Assembly: GCA_043758875.1 (NCBI GenBank)
Contig: JAYVMR010000018.1
Location: 1 to 44,535, forward strand
DNA length: 44,535 nt
Reading direction: 5' to 3'
Source of the DNA: Candidatus Nomurabacteria bacterium
GTDB taxonomy: Bacteria; Patescibacteriota; Minisyncoccia; Phycocordibacterales; UBA9973
The notes under the pieces are model-generated. The model had not been told where the DNA came from and did not search any database. It saw nothing but the letters and a program-made list of their open reading frames with translations. This document shows, in pieces, positions 1 through 7,598 of the stretch. The translations under genes and the position numbers were made by a program. Within the stretch, counting starts at the first letter, position 1; each line of letters starts with the position of its first letter.

Positions 1-74
1 CACACACTGAACATAATAAGGGGGATGACGGTAAATTCCAAGTCACTATTTCCTTTGGAAAAGAAACAGAAACA

Positions 75-497
75 ATGAACCAAATACAAGGTATTATTAG
101 TAATCTCGCAAATTTGAAAGATATATTAAAAGATAATATGGAGAAGCAAGGAAAAGACAAGAAATTAATTGAAGATGAAATTGATAAATCCTTTGCTCTC
201 CAACTAATACTAGATCTTTGTAATCAAGAAAAGCATGGGTATCCCCTCACTAAACACCGACATTCTGAAAAAGATCCCTTGATTAAAAATGTACGTAGTG
301 GTTTAAGTCCCTCCAACAAACCTGATGGTATTAGATATTCGGCAAGTAATGGAGCAGCAGTACTGAACATGATGATAGTAATTAATGCTGATATCGTTGA
401 TTGTAATCAGCGACACCTTTTTACTCTTGATGAATTAATAAACTTAGCTATAAATGATTGGGAAAAGATTATCAAAAAGTTTCAGATTTTAAAGTAA
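75..497 (+). CDS. Hypothetical protein, possibly 5'-partial
   Basis: 140-aa ORF. The same frame has no stop codon from base 3 to the ATG at 75, so the gene may start upstream of the window. No recognisable motif. Confidence 0.4.
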   Translation: MNQIQGIISNLANLKDILKDNMEKQGKDKKLIEDEIDKSFALQLILDLCNQEKHGYPLTKHRHSEKDPLIKNVRSGLSPSNKPDGIRYSASNGAAVLNMMIVINADIVDCNQRHLFTLDELINLAINDWEKIIKKFQILK

Positions 498-572
498 AAA
501 TTTTATGGAATCATCTTGGGGTGGCTGGGTAGGTATCGCGTTACTAGTTAGTGGTCTACTGTTCCACTTTTT

Positions 573-1187
573 TCATATTTTCCGTGTAAGAATTGTAATG
601 AGATAAGGTATTAATGCTATTATCACTCCACTAATAAATCCCCATATTAATCCCATCTCAATTACATATTGTTTAATTAACCCAAAGTAATCTGAAGCAA
701 AATTTTCTCCTTTTGAAGATAGATAAATAAATTCTCCGTCTTGATTTATAAAAGAAGGTTCATGATTAATACAGTTTCTAAGAATAGCCTTAGCTTCTAC
801 AAGTTCTTTCGGGTAAGTAGTATTAGTAGAAATGTTTACAAGTTCATGGGGACTTTTCCAAATGTAATCTTGTATATAAGTCATTAAAACACCATTTGGA
901 TGAACTCGTAAATCTCCTTGATGGTCGCTTCCGTGTAAAAGATTTAAAGTTGATGATTGCGTAAGAACTGAATCAAAATGTGGGGTTCCAGCGTATTGTT
1001 CAATCATCTCACGTTCAGAATCGTAAGCTTGTGCAGTAGCATTTTGTACCACCCATTCTGCTCGATTTTTCTTTAAAATACGGCACATTCGCCACATTGG
1101 TAATACTTCTTTCATGTTCATTATTTTACCACGTACTAACAGATTATCTTGTTCTATTAAAGAAGGGTAATACTTCAAATTATTCAT
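573..1187 (-). CDS. Hypothetical tail-anchored membrane protein
   Basis: 204-aa ORF with a single C-terminal hydrophobic helix (GLIWGFISGVIIALIPYLITIL). An AT-rich -10-like hexamer (TAAATA) sits 6 nt upstream of the ATG. Confidence 0.5.
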   Translation of the reverse strand: MNNLKYYPSLIEQDNLLVRGKIMNMKEVLPMWRMCRILKKNRAEWVVQNATAQAYDSEREMIEQYAGTPHFDSVLTQSSTLNLLHGSDHQGDLRVHPNGVLMTYIQDYIWKSPHELVNISTNTTYPKELVEAKAILRNCINHEPSFINQDGEFIYLSSKGENFASDYFGLIKQYVIEMGLIWGFISGVIIALIPYLITILTRKI

Positions 1188-1297
1188 ATTCTTTATTTAC
1201 AAAGCTTTTTCAGCCAACTCAAACTCTTTCCCTAGCTTTTGCCAACCCATTAGCTCTATAATAAGATCATTCCAATCCGTTCGGATTTGGGTCACCA

Positions 1298-1315
1298 TCT
1301 CGTGCTAGCACGAGA
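1298..1315. repeat. 18-bp perfect palindrome tctcgtgct|agcacgaga
   Basis: Read directly from the sequence. It abuts the terminator hairpin at 1316..1357. Confidence 0.8.
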
Positions 1316-1357
1316 AGCATACAAAAACAGCCTTATTTTAGGCTGTTTTTGTATGCT
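1316..1357 (-). terminator. Long hairpin downstream of the kinase-like gene (17-bp perfect stem)
   Basis: agcatacaaaaacagcc / ggctgtttttgtatgct with a 7-8 nt loop, 25 nt after the stop of 1382..1930 on the minus strand. The U-rich run lies inside the stem, so this is not a canonical tail. Confidence 0.55.
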
Positions 1358-1381
1358 TAATAAGTGTGTAACTATTTTGTT

Positions 1382-1930
1382 TTATGTAATATGAGATTTA
1401 ATATAAGCGACGATTGTATCTGCAATTTCTTCCGGGGTCTGGATTGAAGAGTCGAAATTTAATTCAGTAGACACCTTAGTATCGATATAAGCATCGTAAA
1501 TATTCTTAAACTTATTAGGGTCAACATTCGCAATCTTCTTAACCCCTTGTTTTTTTGCTTCAATTCTTTTTTCAAAGCGTGAGAGGAGTACTCCCCACGG
1601 AGCTTCTACGTTAGCAATAATGAGAGGTACACCAACTTCAGTGGCCAATGTCACGTAACTTTCAGGTTCACTCCAAAATGCACCTTCTTTGAGAATTGAG
1701 AGGTTATGAGAAAGTGCCGCTCTTGCGGCTGCAAGGACTATTTTCTGTACAGCTACTTTGTGAATTGAGGGTTCATAATCAGAGATGAGCCATTTCATAT
1801 TGTCATTTTTTGCATTAAAAATATTCCCATATCTTTCAGTTAAAATATCTGAAACCGAAGATTTACCGCCACATGACGGACCATTGATTATGAGAATGAA
1901 TTGTCTTTCTATGAGTTTTTCTTTTAACAT
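1382..1930 (-). CDS. P-loop NTPase / small-molecule-kinase-like protein (AAA_33 / zeta-toxin-like fold class)
   Basis: Walker A GPSCGGKSS at residues 17-25 of a 182-aa protein. Size and layout are typical of small P-loop kinases. TAGAAT lies 7 nt upstream of the ATG. Confidence 0.65.
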   Translation of the reverse strand: MLKEKLIERQFILIINGPSCGGKSSVSDILTERYGNIFNAKNDNMKWLISDYEPSIHKVAVQKIVLAAARAALSHNLSILKEGAFWSEPESYVTLATEVGVPLIIANVEAPWGVLLSRFEKRIEAKKQGVKKIANVDPNKFKNIYDAYIDTKVSTELNFDSSIQTPEEIADTIVAYIKSHIT

Positions 1931-1940
1931 AGGGATAATT

Positions 1941-2132
1941 CTAATTCTTAGTGCTTGAGGTATTAAACTGTTCCTTAATATACTGCTTAATCACTTCTGA
2001 CACTGGTTCTAAGGGCTTTAAAGATTGAAGAGCTTCTTTGCCTTGTGGAATTGTAGATTGATACTTTTCAATGATCGCAGGTTTTTGCAAAAGCTGCTTA
2101 ATATTGTGCTCGTCGTTGTTTATGTATAGCAT
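1941..2132 (-). CDS. Small hypothetical protein (63 aa)
   Basis: ORF packed tightly between the Ntn-like gene (stop at 2135) and the kinase-like gene. TATAAT lies 8 nt upstream of the ATG. No motif recognised. Confidence 0.4.
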   Translation of the reverse strand: MLYINNDEHNIKQLLQKPAIIEKYQSTIPQGKEALQSLKPLEPVSEVIKQYIKEQFNTSSTKN

Positions 2133-2134
2133 GG

Positions 2135-3442
2135 TTATGAATTATAATACTTATCAATAAAACCTCGGTTCAGTTCGATGTCAAAATAGTTTTTTCTCTT
2201 TAGCCATATGAAGCCATCACCCTTGGTTATGACGGCTACATCTACTGGCCCACCAACACTTTCATCCGAAGAATTTTGAGTGAACTTTCTTTTCAAAGAA
2301 GTGATACTAACAAGTGATTCTGCTAGTTCAGCCATGTCCTCTTTTCCCATGTAGTTCAAAATGTCCAGTAATGGTTGTGTTATGGTTTTTTGGCGGTAGT
2401 TTTCCAATTTATCTATAAGCGTGGTAGGTATGGTTTTTATGGCTGCGCTCGTGGCACTAGCTTCTGTAGCGTCGGTAATTTTCAAAGCGACTTCTTCAGA
2501 CAGAGTATTAAACGCCTCAGTGAGTGAAGAGTTGATTTCACTTTGGAAAGCAGGATCAATACCTTTTAGGACGGTCATTGTGACGTCTCTTTGGGCATAT
2601 GAAATAATATCTGCATTAAACTTTCCTGGAATAATATTAACTGGGTCATGAATTTTATAGCGTATGACGTCTTTTATAACATTTCCGATAGTGACCTGTT
2701 GGCTTGAGGGGTAAATTTCTTTTTCACCAAAGCCCATGAATATCAATCCTGAACTTGATTCAAAAATATAATCTACTTTAACTAAGCCGTATAACATTTC
2801 TCTTATCAAGTCTTTATCTACAGAGGTAAGTGCAAATAACGCGAACTTAGCTTTTATCTCGTCCTCGAGCACTTTTATTGTCTCGTCAAGCTGTTTACCA
2901 TGTTCAGCAATATATTCAGCTAAAGAAAACCGTACTAAGCTATTTTTAGCCATAGCATCAATTTGATCTCTGTAGTCTTTTATTTCCTGAGAAATAATTG
3001 GGGATATATGATCACTTGCGTCCTGATCGCTCATTCCAGAAGTCGTAATGTTGTTATTAGAAATTTGATCAAGAATTTTAGTTTTTAGGCTATTGAAATC
3101 ACCGCTACAAAAAGTGTAGAAATTATTTTCCTTAAACTCAGAGCTTATATAGCTTAAGTTCTTTGCTAGGAAAGTAAGAAAATCTGTTTTATATTTTTCT
3201 ATAGTATCGAACTTCTTTTTCTCAAGCTGTTTTCTATACATTTTTATTAACGTCTCCCACGGTATCCCCATGAACTGAGAACTATTATAAATTGCAATAC
3301 CTACTGGATGATACTTCGACAGAGTAAAAATTTTATTGCTCTTGTTGTAGACCTTTTTAATATTTCCCGCAGTTACCGTCACAGCACTATCAGCGGCAAT
3401 TACTACTCCTTGAGAATTCAGTACACCTATAATGGCTGTCAT
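2135..3442 (-). CDS. Divergent proteasome-beta/HslV-like N-terminal-nucleophile (Ntn) hydrolase with large insertions
   Basis: The N-terminus MTAIIGVLNSQGVVIAADSAVTVTAGNIKKVYNKSNKIF resembles HslV ([30 protein letters not shown]). Counting from Thr after Met removal gives T1, D17 and K33 at canonical proteasome positions. The central GLIFMGFGEKEIYPSSQQVTIGNV and the C-terminal DESVGGPVDVAVITKGDGF resemble conserved beta-subunit strands. At 435 aa it is about twice the normal size. Confidence 0.6.
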   Translation of the reverse strand: MTAIIGVLNSQGVVIAADSAVTVTAGNIKKVYNKSNKIFTLSKYHPVGIAIYNSSQFMGIPWETLIKMYRKQLEKKKFDTIEKYKTDFLTFLAKNLSYISSEFKENNFYTFCSGDFNSLKTKILDQISNNNITTSGMSDQDASDHISPIISQEIKDYRDQIDAMAKNSLVRFSLAEYIAEHGKQLDETIKVLEDEIKAKFALFALTSVDKDLIREMLYGLVKVDYIFESSSGLIFMGFGEKEIYPSSQQVTIGNVIKDVIRYKIHDPVNIIPGKFNADIISYAQRDVTMTVLKGIDPAFQSEINSSLTEAFNTLSEEVALKITDATEASATSAAIKTIPTTLIDKLENYRQKTITQPLLDILNYMGKEDMAELAESLVSITSLKRKFTQNSSDESVGGPVDVAVITKGDGFIWLKRKNYFDIELNRGFIDKYYNS

Positions 3443-3449
3443 ATGCGGT

Positions 3450-3458
3450 AGTATAGCA
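3450..3458 (-). promoter_or_regulatory. Extended -10 box TGCTATACT, 7 nt upstream of the ATG of the Ntn-like gene
   Basis: The reverse complement of 3450..3458 reads TGCTATACT. It has the same architecture as the boxes before core genes in this window. Confidence 0.5.
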
Positions 3459-3472
3459 ATATTTTACTATTT

Positions 3473-4792
3473 TTACTTCAAGGATATCTTCTTATTATCC
3501 AACAGTATCTCACTCTTCAAGCACCTCAGAAACTCCCGTTTCTCGTCCATTGACCCCTCAAGCAATATGAACTTGGCATAGTTGCGGATATCAATATCCT
3601 TCACCGCTACTACAGTCTTCGTTCCCAAAAGCATCTGCTCGAACTTCTTGAAACGGTGTACCTCCGCCGTTATTTTTTCTCTCATTGGCACGGTCTGGAT
3701 TTCAACATCGTCCATGAGTTCCTGCAATTGAACAACAAGCTCATCCTCGTTGATGTATCCGCTTTGGCACTGCGAATCCTTGATACGGGTGCACTTGTAG
3801 TAGACGTAACGGTGGACATTGCCGTTCTTCTGCTTCTTGAACTTCTCGTCGGCGGTGATGCCCGATCCGCACAGTCCGCAGGTCATTATCTTGGTGAAGG
3901 CGAACTCCTTCTGCTCGGATCTCGGCTGCAGTATCTGGCTCTTGATCTGCGACTGTACCAGGTCAAATAGGTCTTTTTTTATGATCGGCTCATGCGCGCC
4001 GTTATACCAGTTGCCCGACTGCTTTGGGAACTCGAAGCGTCCATAATAAAAGTGATTCTCAAGAATCTTGTAGAGATTGCCCAAGCTCAATGGCATGTTG
4101 TTTTCAGTCTTGAACTTGATGTCGTCCTTCAGCCAGTGATAAAGCTTTCGTCCGCTCCAGCCGTCATGACCTATTTTTTCAAACATCTGCTTGATGACTG
4201 GTGATCGTAAAGGATCAAGCACTGATTCGCATTTCTGGTCGATCCGCTTGTACTTGGTATATCCAGTTGGAGGTCTGCACGGCCACAGTCCCATTTCAAC
4301 CCTTGCCCTAAGCCCACGCTTCACATTGATGCTCTTGTTGTCATTCTCGAGCTTGGCCTGTGAGCAAAGAATCATGAGAAGAAATTTCTCATTTGGCGAG
4401 TTTGAAAATGTCTGCCCGTATGTCTGTATGTGGACTAGTTTCTTTTGATCCATCAAGTCTACAAGCGATCCAAGATCACCAGCGTTTCTACTCAATCTAT
4501 CAGGTGCCCAAGTGAGAATACCGTCAAACAATCCTTGTCGTAGTTCCTCGATCATTTCCTTGAATACGGGTCTTTGTCCAGAGCTCTTTGCGGAATGAGC
4601 TTCTTTTTTGATAGTGACAATGTTGAGATTGAGACGGCTCGCAATGTCGCTCATTTCTTTAGCTTGAGATTCAATGGACAATGCCTGAAGCTCATCTGCT
4701 TCTGAACTTTTGCGACAATATAGGCAATACCTGACTCTTGTTTCAGAAATGGATATATTGTTCGGAATTTTTCCTACAGTTGTCGTTTCCAT
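3473..4792 (-). CDS. Large serine recombinase (resolvase domain + recombinase domain + zinc ribbon)
   Basis: N-terminal YCRKSS...SIESQ and DRLSRN motifs of the resolvase/invertase catalytic domain. Central recombinase domain. Cys-rich CGLCGSG...YYKC zinc ribbon. 439 aa. Confidence 0.9.
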   Translation of the reverse strand: METTTVGKIPNNISISETRVRYCLYCRKSSEADELQALSIESQAKEMSDIASRLNLNIVTIKKEAHSAKSSGQRPVFKEMIEELRQGLFDGILTWAPDRLSRNAGDLGSLVDLMDQKKLVHIQTYGQTFSNSPNEKFLLMILCSQAKLENDNKSINVKRGLRARVEMGLWPCRPPTGYTKYKRIDQKCESVLDPLRSPVIKQMFEKIGHDGWSGRKLYHWLKDDIKFKTENNMPLSLGNLYKILENHFYYGRFEFPKQSGNWYNGAHEPIIKKDLFDLVQSQIKSQILQPRSEQKEFAFTKIMTCGLCGSGITADEKFKKQKNGNVHRYVYYKCTRIKDSQCQSGYINEDELVVQLQELMDDVEIQTVPMREKITAEVHRFKKFEQMLLGTKTVVAVKDIDIRNYAKFILLEGSMDEKREFLRCLKSEILLDNKKISLK

Positions 4793-4909
4793 ACCTATAT
4801 TAATGACAGACTGGTGGGTGGTGCATAGCTATGCAGACTAGGTATTTCATTTCATACTCGTGTCGGTATGTTCCTTTAGAAATGACTATAAATGTGATAG
4901 ATTTGAGGT

Positions 4910-5659
4910 ATGAAAATCATCACACTCAACACCTGGGGCGGTATAGCGGGAACACAAGGACTACTCGACTTCTTTAAAAAACATGAGGATACCGATATTT
5001 TCTGCCTTCAGGAAATATTTAATGGTGGTAAGGATGATGAGGTAGAAATGCAAGTACAAATGGAAAACAAGGAGTACAATCTTTTCAATTTAATTACTGA
5101 TGCCTTACCAAATCATAAAGGTTTCTTCCGACCCCATATAAAAGATTTTTATGGGCTAGCGATGTTCGTAAAAAAAGACATTACTCTCTTAGAAGAAGGA
5201 GAGGAATTTGTCCACCGCCATAAAGGATATATTCCAACAGAAAATCTTGGTTTCCACGCTCGCAATATTGAATATGTGAAAGTTATGGAAGATGAGAAAG
5301 AGTTGTGCATTATCAATTTTCACGGATTATGGAATGGGCAAGGAAAGACTGATACTGAACAACGATTAGAACAGTCAAGAAATATTATTAAGTTCATGAA
5401 TAGTGTTAAAACAGACTTTGTTCTTTGTGGGGACTTTAATCTTCTCCCAACGACTGAAAGTCTTAAATTGATTGAAGATATAGGATTAAGAAACTTGGTG
5501 AAAGAGAATAATGTTACTTCTACTAGAACTTCTCATTACACCAAGCCTGACAAGTTTGCTGATTATATTTTTACTACTCAAGAGATAGAGGTGAAGGATT
5601 TTAAGGTTTTGTCAGAGAAGGTTTCGGACCATGCACCGCTTTATATTGAGATAGAATAA
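4910..5659 (+). CDS. Endonuclease/exonuclease/phosphatase (EEP) family protein
   Basis: N-terminal KIITLNTWGG, internal GDFN, and C-terminal SDHAPLYIEI, which are typical EEP catalytic motifs. Confidence 0.85.
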   Translation: MKIITLNTWGGIAGTQGLLDFFKKHEDTDIFCLQEIFNGGKDDEVEMQVQMENKEYNLFNLITDALPNHKGFFRPHIKDFYGLAMFVKKDITLLEEGEEFVHRHKGYIPTENLGFHARNIEYVKVMEDEKELCIINFHGLWNGQGKTDTEQRLEQSRNIIKFMNSVKTDFVLCGDFNLLPTTESLKLIEDIGLRNLVKENNVTSTRTSHYTKPDKFADYIFTTQEIEVKDFKVLSEKVSDHAPLYIEIE

Positions 5660-5675
5660 TTATTAATACCAACCA

Positions 5676-6260
5676 ATGAAAAAAATACTATTATATCCAG
5701 GCGCTTTCAATCCTCCTCATTACGGGCATGTTTCTGCGGTAGAGCTAGCGTTAAAGAATAAGCCCTTTGACGAAGTGTGGATTATGCCGTCAGGAAAACG
5801 TGACGATAAGACAATATCAACGAGTTATGAAGACCGTCGAAATCTCGGAAACTTATTTGTTGAATACCTACAGAACAATCTAACAATTCCAGTTAAGTTA
5901 TTAACTGACGAGCTCGATGATACTACTGGGAGGTATACGCAAGATATTTTGAGACAGGTTAAATCAATGCCCAATGTAGAGATTATCCAGCTCATTGGCA
6001 CGGACGGAATAATTCATCTAAAAAATAAACTTTCCCCAGAAGATTTTACCAAGGAAAAATACATAGTTATACAAAGGGTTGGCTACGAACTTCCAAATGA
6101 TTTTTCTTATGCTGAAAATCTTTTAATTACCAATGACACCAGCAAGAATATATCGAGTACTCAGATCAGGGATATGATGAAAACAAATATTGGCAACATA
6201 GAAGATTTTGTACCAGAAAAAATAGCTTCTTATATTCGAGAACACCATCTTTATCAATAA
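5676..6260 (+). CDS. nadD: Nicotinate/nicotinamide-nucleotide adenylyltransferase (NadD-like)
   Basis: GAFNPPHYGH (the (H/T)xGH nucleotidyltransferase motif) and a C-terminal ISSTQIR motif. 194 aa. Confidence 0.85.
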   Translation: MKKILLYPGAFNPPHYGHVSAVELALKNKPFDEVWIMPSGKRDDKTISTSYEDRRNLGNLFVEYLQNNLTIPVKLLTDELDDTTGRYTQDILRQVKSMPNVEIIQLIGTDGIIHLKNKLSPEDFTKEKYIVIQRVGYELPNDFSYAENLLITNDTSKNISSTQIRDMMKTNIGNIEDFVPEKIASYIREHHLYQ

Positions 6261-6275
6261 ATGTAGTAACAACGA

Positions 6276-6312
6276 AAAATAAAAAAGCCACCGATCATTT
6301 TGATACGGTGGC
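6276..6312 (-). terminator. Intrinsic terminator oriented for the minus strand
   Basis: Stem gccaccg/cggtggc (6287-6293 / 6306-6312). On the minus strand it is followed by TTTTTTATTTTT. There is no T-tract on the plus-strand side. Confidence 0.7.
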
Positions 6313-6625
6313 TCAACGGATTGCCCGTCAATAGGTCGCTTGGTTTTCCGCACTACAAGACTCAATGCTGAGCCGATGCAGGGAGAAGCCTCTTGTTGAT
6401 ACAATCGCGGACCTAGTCGCAATCGTTCTTCAATCCAGTAAGAAGCACTCCGGTTGTCGTTTGCCCTCTGTTTCGTTTCAATCAGTTTTTCGGATCAACT
6501 TACTGATCGTTTTATTGAAACAGAATCGTTCACTGTCGTTCGATGTAGCTGCACCGTGAAGTCGTACTGCTACTGTGTCACTCTGTCGGCGATGGCTGAA
6601 AACCCGGGTGAGTAGATATATCAGC
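6276..6625 (-). ncRNA. Candidate ~350-nt non-coding RNA of unknown class (promoter-to-terminator unit without ATG)
   Basis: Minus-strand promoter TTGACA-17nt-TAAGAT (6660..6632) and minus-strand intrinsic terminator (6312..6276). There is no ATG on the minus strand between 6624 and 6313. Nested complementary segments are present (gtttcaat 6474-6481 / attgaaac 6513-6520; atcagt / actgat). No RNase P, tmRNA, SRP or 6S signature was recognised. Confidence 0.4.
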
Positions 6626-6786
6626 ATTAGTATCTTAGCATGGATAAGTTATTATGTCAAGAGATACGAAAAAGAGAGTGAGACACCTAAAAACAGTCTT
6701 TCTGTGTCTCAGTCTGTCTCACTTTCTTATAAAAGAGTGACATTTGACTGTCACTTTAATACTCAATCCCGTGTCACCTTTGTCAC
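6575..6786. repeat. Cluster of short TGTCAC / TGTCTCA motifs, including inverted repeat AGTGACA-N6-TGTCACT (6736..6755)
   Basis: GTGTCAC at 6575-6581 and 6771-6777. TGTCAC at 6749-6754 and 6781-6786, with the inverted copy at 6736-6742. GAGTGAGACAC at 6677-6687 versus GTGTCTCA / GTCTCACT at 6704-6723. Confidence 0.6.
6632..6660 (-). promoter_or_regulatory. Sigma-70-type promoter TTGACA-17-TAAGAT on the minus strand
   Basis: Plus-strand tgtcaa at 6655-6660 and atctta at 6632-6637, giving a 17-nt spacer. Confidence 0.5.
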
Positions 6787-6891
6787 TATTTGCCTATGCA
6801 CGAGAAGAGTTCGGTGTTTTTATTAAAAGATTAAAAAAGAGCATTACGGTGCAATGAACCGCGGGGTTCCATCTCGAGAAGGCTCACAAAC

Positions 6892-6918
6892 AAAAAAGCC
6901 GTCCATTTAAAGACGGCT
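6892..6918 (-). terminator. Intrinsic terminator of the 172-aa gene
   Basis: Stem agccgtc/gacggct with an 8-nt loop. An A-run on the plus strand (T-tract on the minus strand) follows directly, 13 nt downstream of the stop. Confidence 0.75.
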
Positions 6919-6930
6919 TGCAAGAACAAA

Positions 6931-7449
6931 TTAATATTCTTTTAAGAAATGGTTCATTTTCTTCATGATCTCAGTAACGGTACTAAACAGTGCCAGGTCA
7001 TCTTTTTCAAAAAGACTATTAGCTACAATGTGGTACCTGCATTGAGCGTACGGTTTAGAGTCTTTTGGTACGGAATGATGGTGAACAACCGATTCAAGCG
7101 CAATTACCCTTGAGGAAGCGGTTGACTCGTCCGGCCACTGAACCAAGAAGACAAGATCTTTACTGTTTAAGTAGAGGTTTTCCTTTGAAGTGTTGTTTTC
7201 GAGATGCATGGACCAGCTCATTGTAGAACCTGTTGGTTTTTCAATGTTCTGAAAGGCGGGTAGCATAATCTTTATGGTTTTTATTATGCTTGGGTCCGCA
7301 CCCGGCTTTTCAGTACTGCTATCTCCGTACATACTCTTTACATACTCATAAAGTGCAACAGGCGTATTAAGGATTTTCTCATCCTTTTCTGAGAGCTTTA
7401 ACTCAGATGTGGTTTCGTTCATGATATTTAATTTTAAGGTTTTTCTCAT
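6931..7449 (-). CDS. Hypothetical protein (172 aa)
   Basis: Clean ORF followed by its own terminator. No recognisable motif. Confidence 0.5.
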   Translation of the reverse strand: MRKTLKLNIMNETTSELKLSEKDEKILNTPVALYEYVKSMYGDSSTEKPGADPSIIKTIKIMLPAFQNIEKPTGSTMSWSMHLENNTSKENLYLNSKDLVFLVQWPDESTASSRVIALESVVHHHSVPKDSKPYAQCRYHIVANSLFEKDDLALFSTVTEIMKKMNHFLKEY

Positions 7450-7536
7450 ATTGCCTTAAATTGCACTAAAGTCAATACATTTCGCTAAATACCCTTATGC
7501 TGTATACAAGGCGGTTCCAATTTCTTCCCCCTAGGG

Positions 7537-7598
7537 TCACAAAAACTAAAACACACATTCTATTTTTGTAAATGGCATGTGTGTTTTAGTTTTTGTGA
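7537..7598. repeat. 22-bp perfect inverted repeat (hairpin) with 18-nt loop
   Basis: tcacaaaaactaaaacacacat (7537-7558) and atgtgtgttttagtttttgtga (7577-7598). No flanking T-tract on either strand. Confidence 0.85.

Larger units (their letters stand above)
1..4909. mobile_element. Putative segment of an integrative element carrying a large serine recombinase plus cargo; boundaries not defined (left end may lie outside window)
   Basis: A large serine recombinase gene (3473..4792) lies on the same strand as, and directly upstream of, an orphan cargo cluster. The region is AT-rich. No att sites or terminal repeats could be identified by eye. Confidence 0.3.

Noticed and set aside
1941-2132. The 63-aa protein as a Pup/ubiquitin-like tag for the proteasome-like protein
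   Set aside because: It has no C-terminal GGQ/GGE or diglycine (it ends ...TSSTKN), and no ligase or deamidase gene is nearby. The idea has no sequence support.
6123-6422. 99-aa minus-strand ORF in the nadD-proximal non-coding region
   Set aside because: It starts with TTG, runs through an intrinsic terminator and overlaps the 3' end of nadD. The translation is not protein-like.
6276-6625. Possibility that the candidate ncRNA is RNase P RNA, tmRNA, SRP RNA or 6S RNA
   Set aside because: I found no GGAAAGUCCGG-type P4 strand and only a weak resemblance to the 3' P4 strand on the wrong (plus) strand near 6596. There is no tRNA-like GGTTCNANTCC...CCA 3' end and no short tag ORF ending in a stop. 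A GCAAACGACAAC segment continues as an open frame with no stop. There is no SRP domain IV motif. A covariance-model search is still needed.
6365-6826. Plus-strand ORFs 6365..6559 and 6575..6826
   Set aside because: They lie in a repeat- and motif-rich non-coding stretch, have Cys/Arg/Ser-rich improbable translations, and lack a promoter/start context like that of the real genes here.
6850-6880. tRNA-like T-arm candidate (gcggggttccatctcgag)
   Set aside because: The loop reads TTCCATC, with a pyrimidine where a conserved purine is required. No acceptor, D or anticodon arms could be built. No tRNA was found anywhere in the window by eye.
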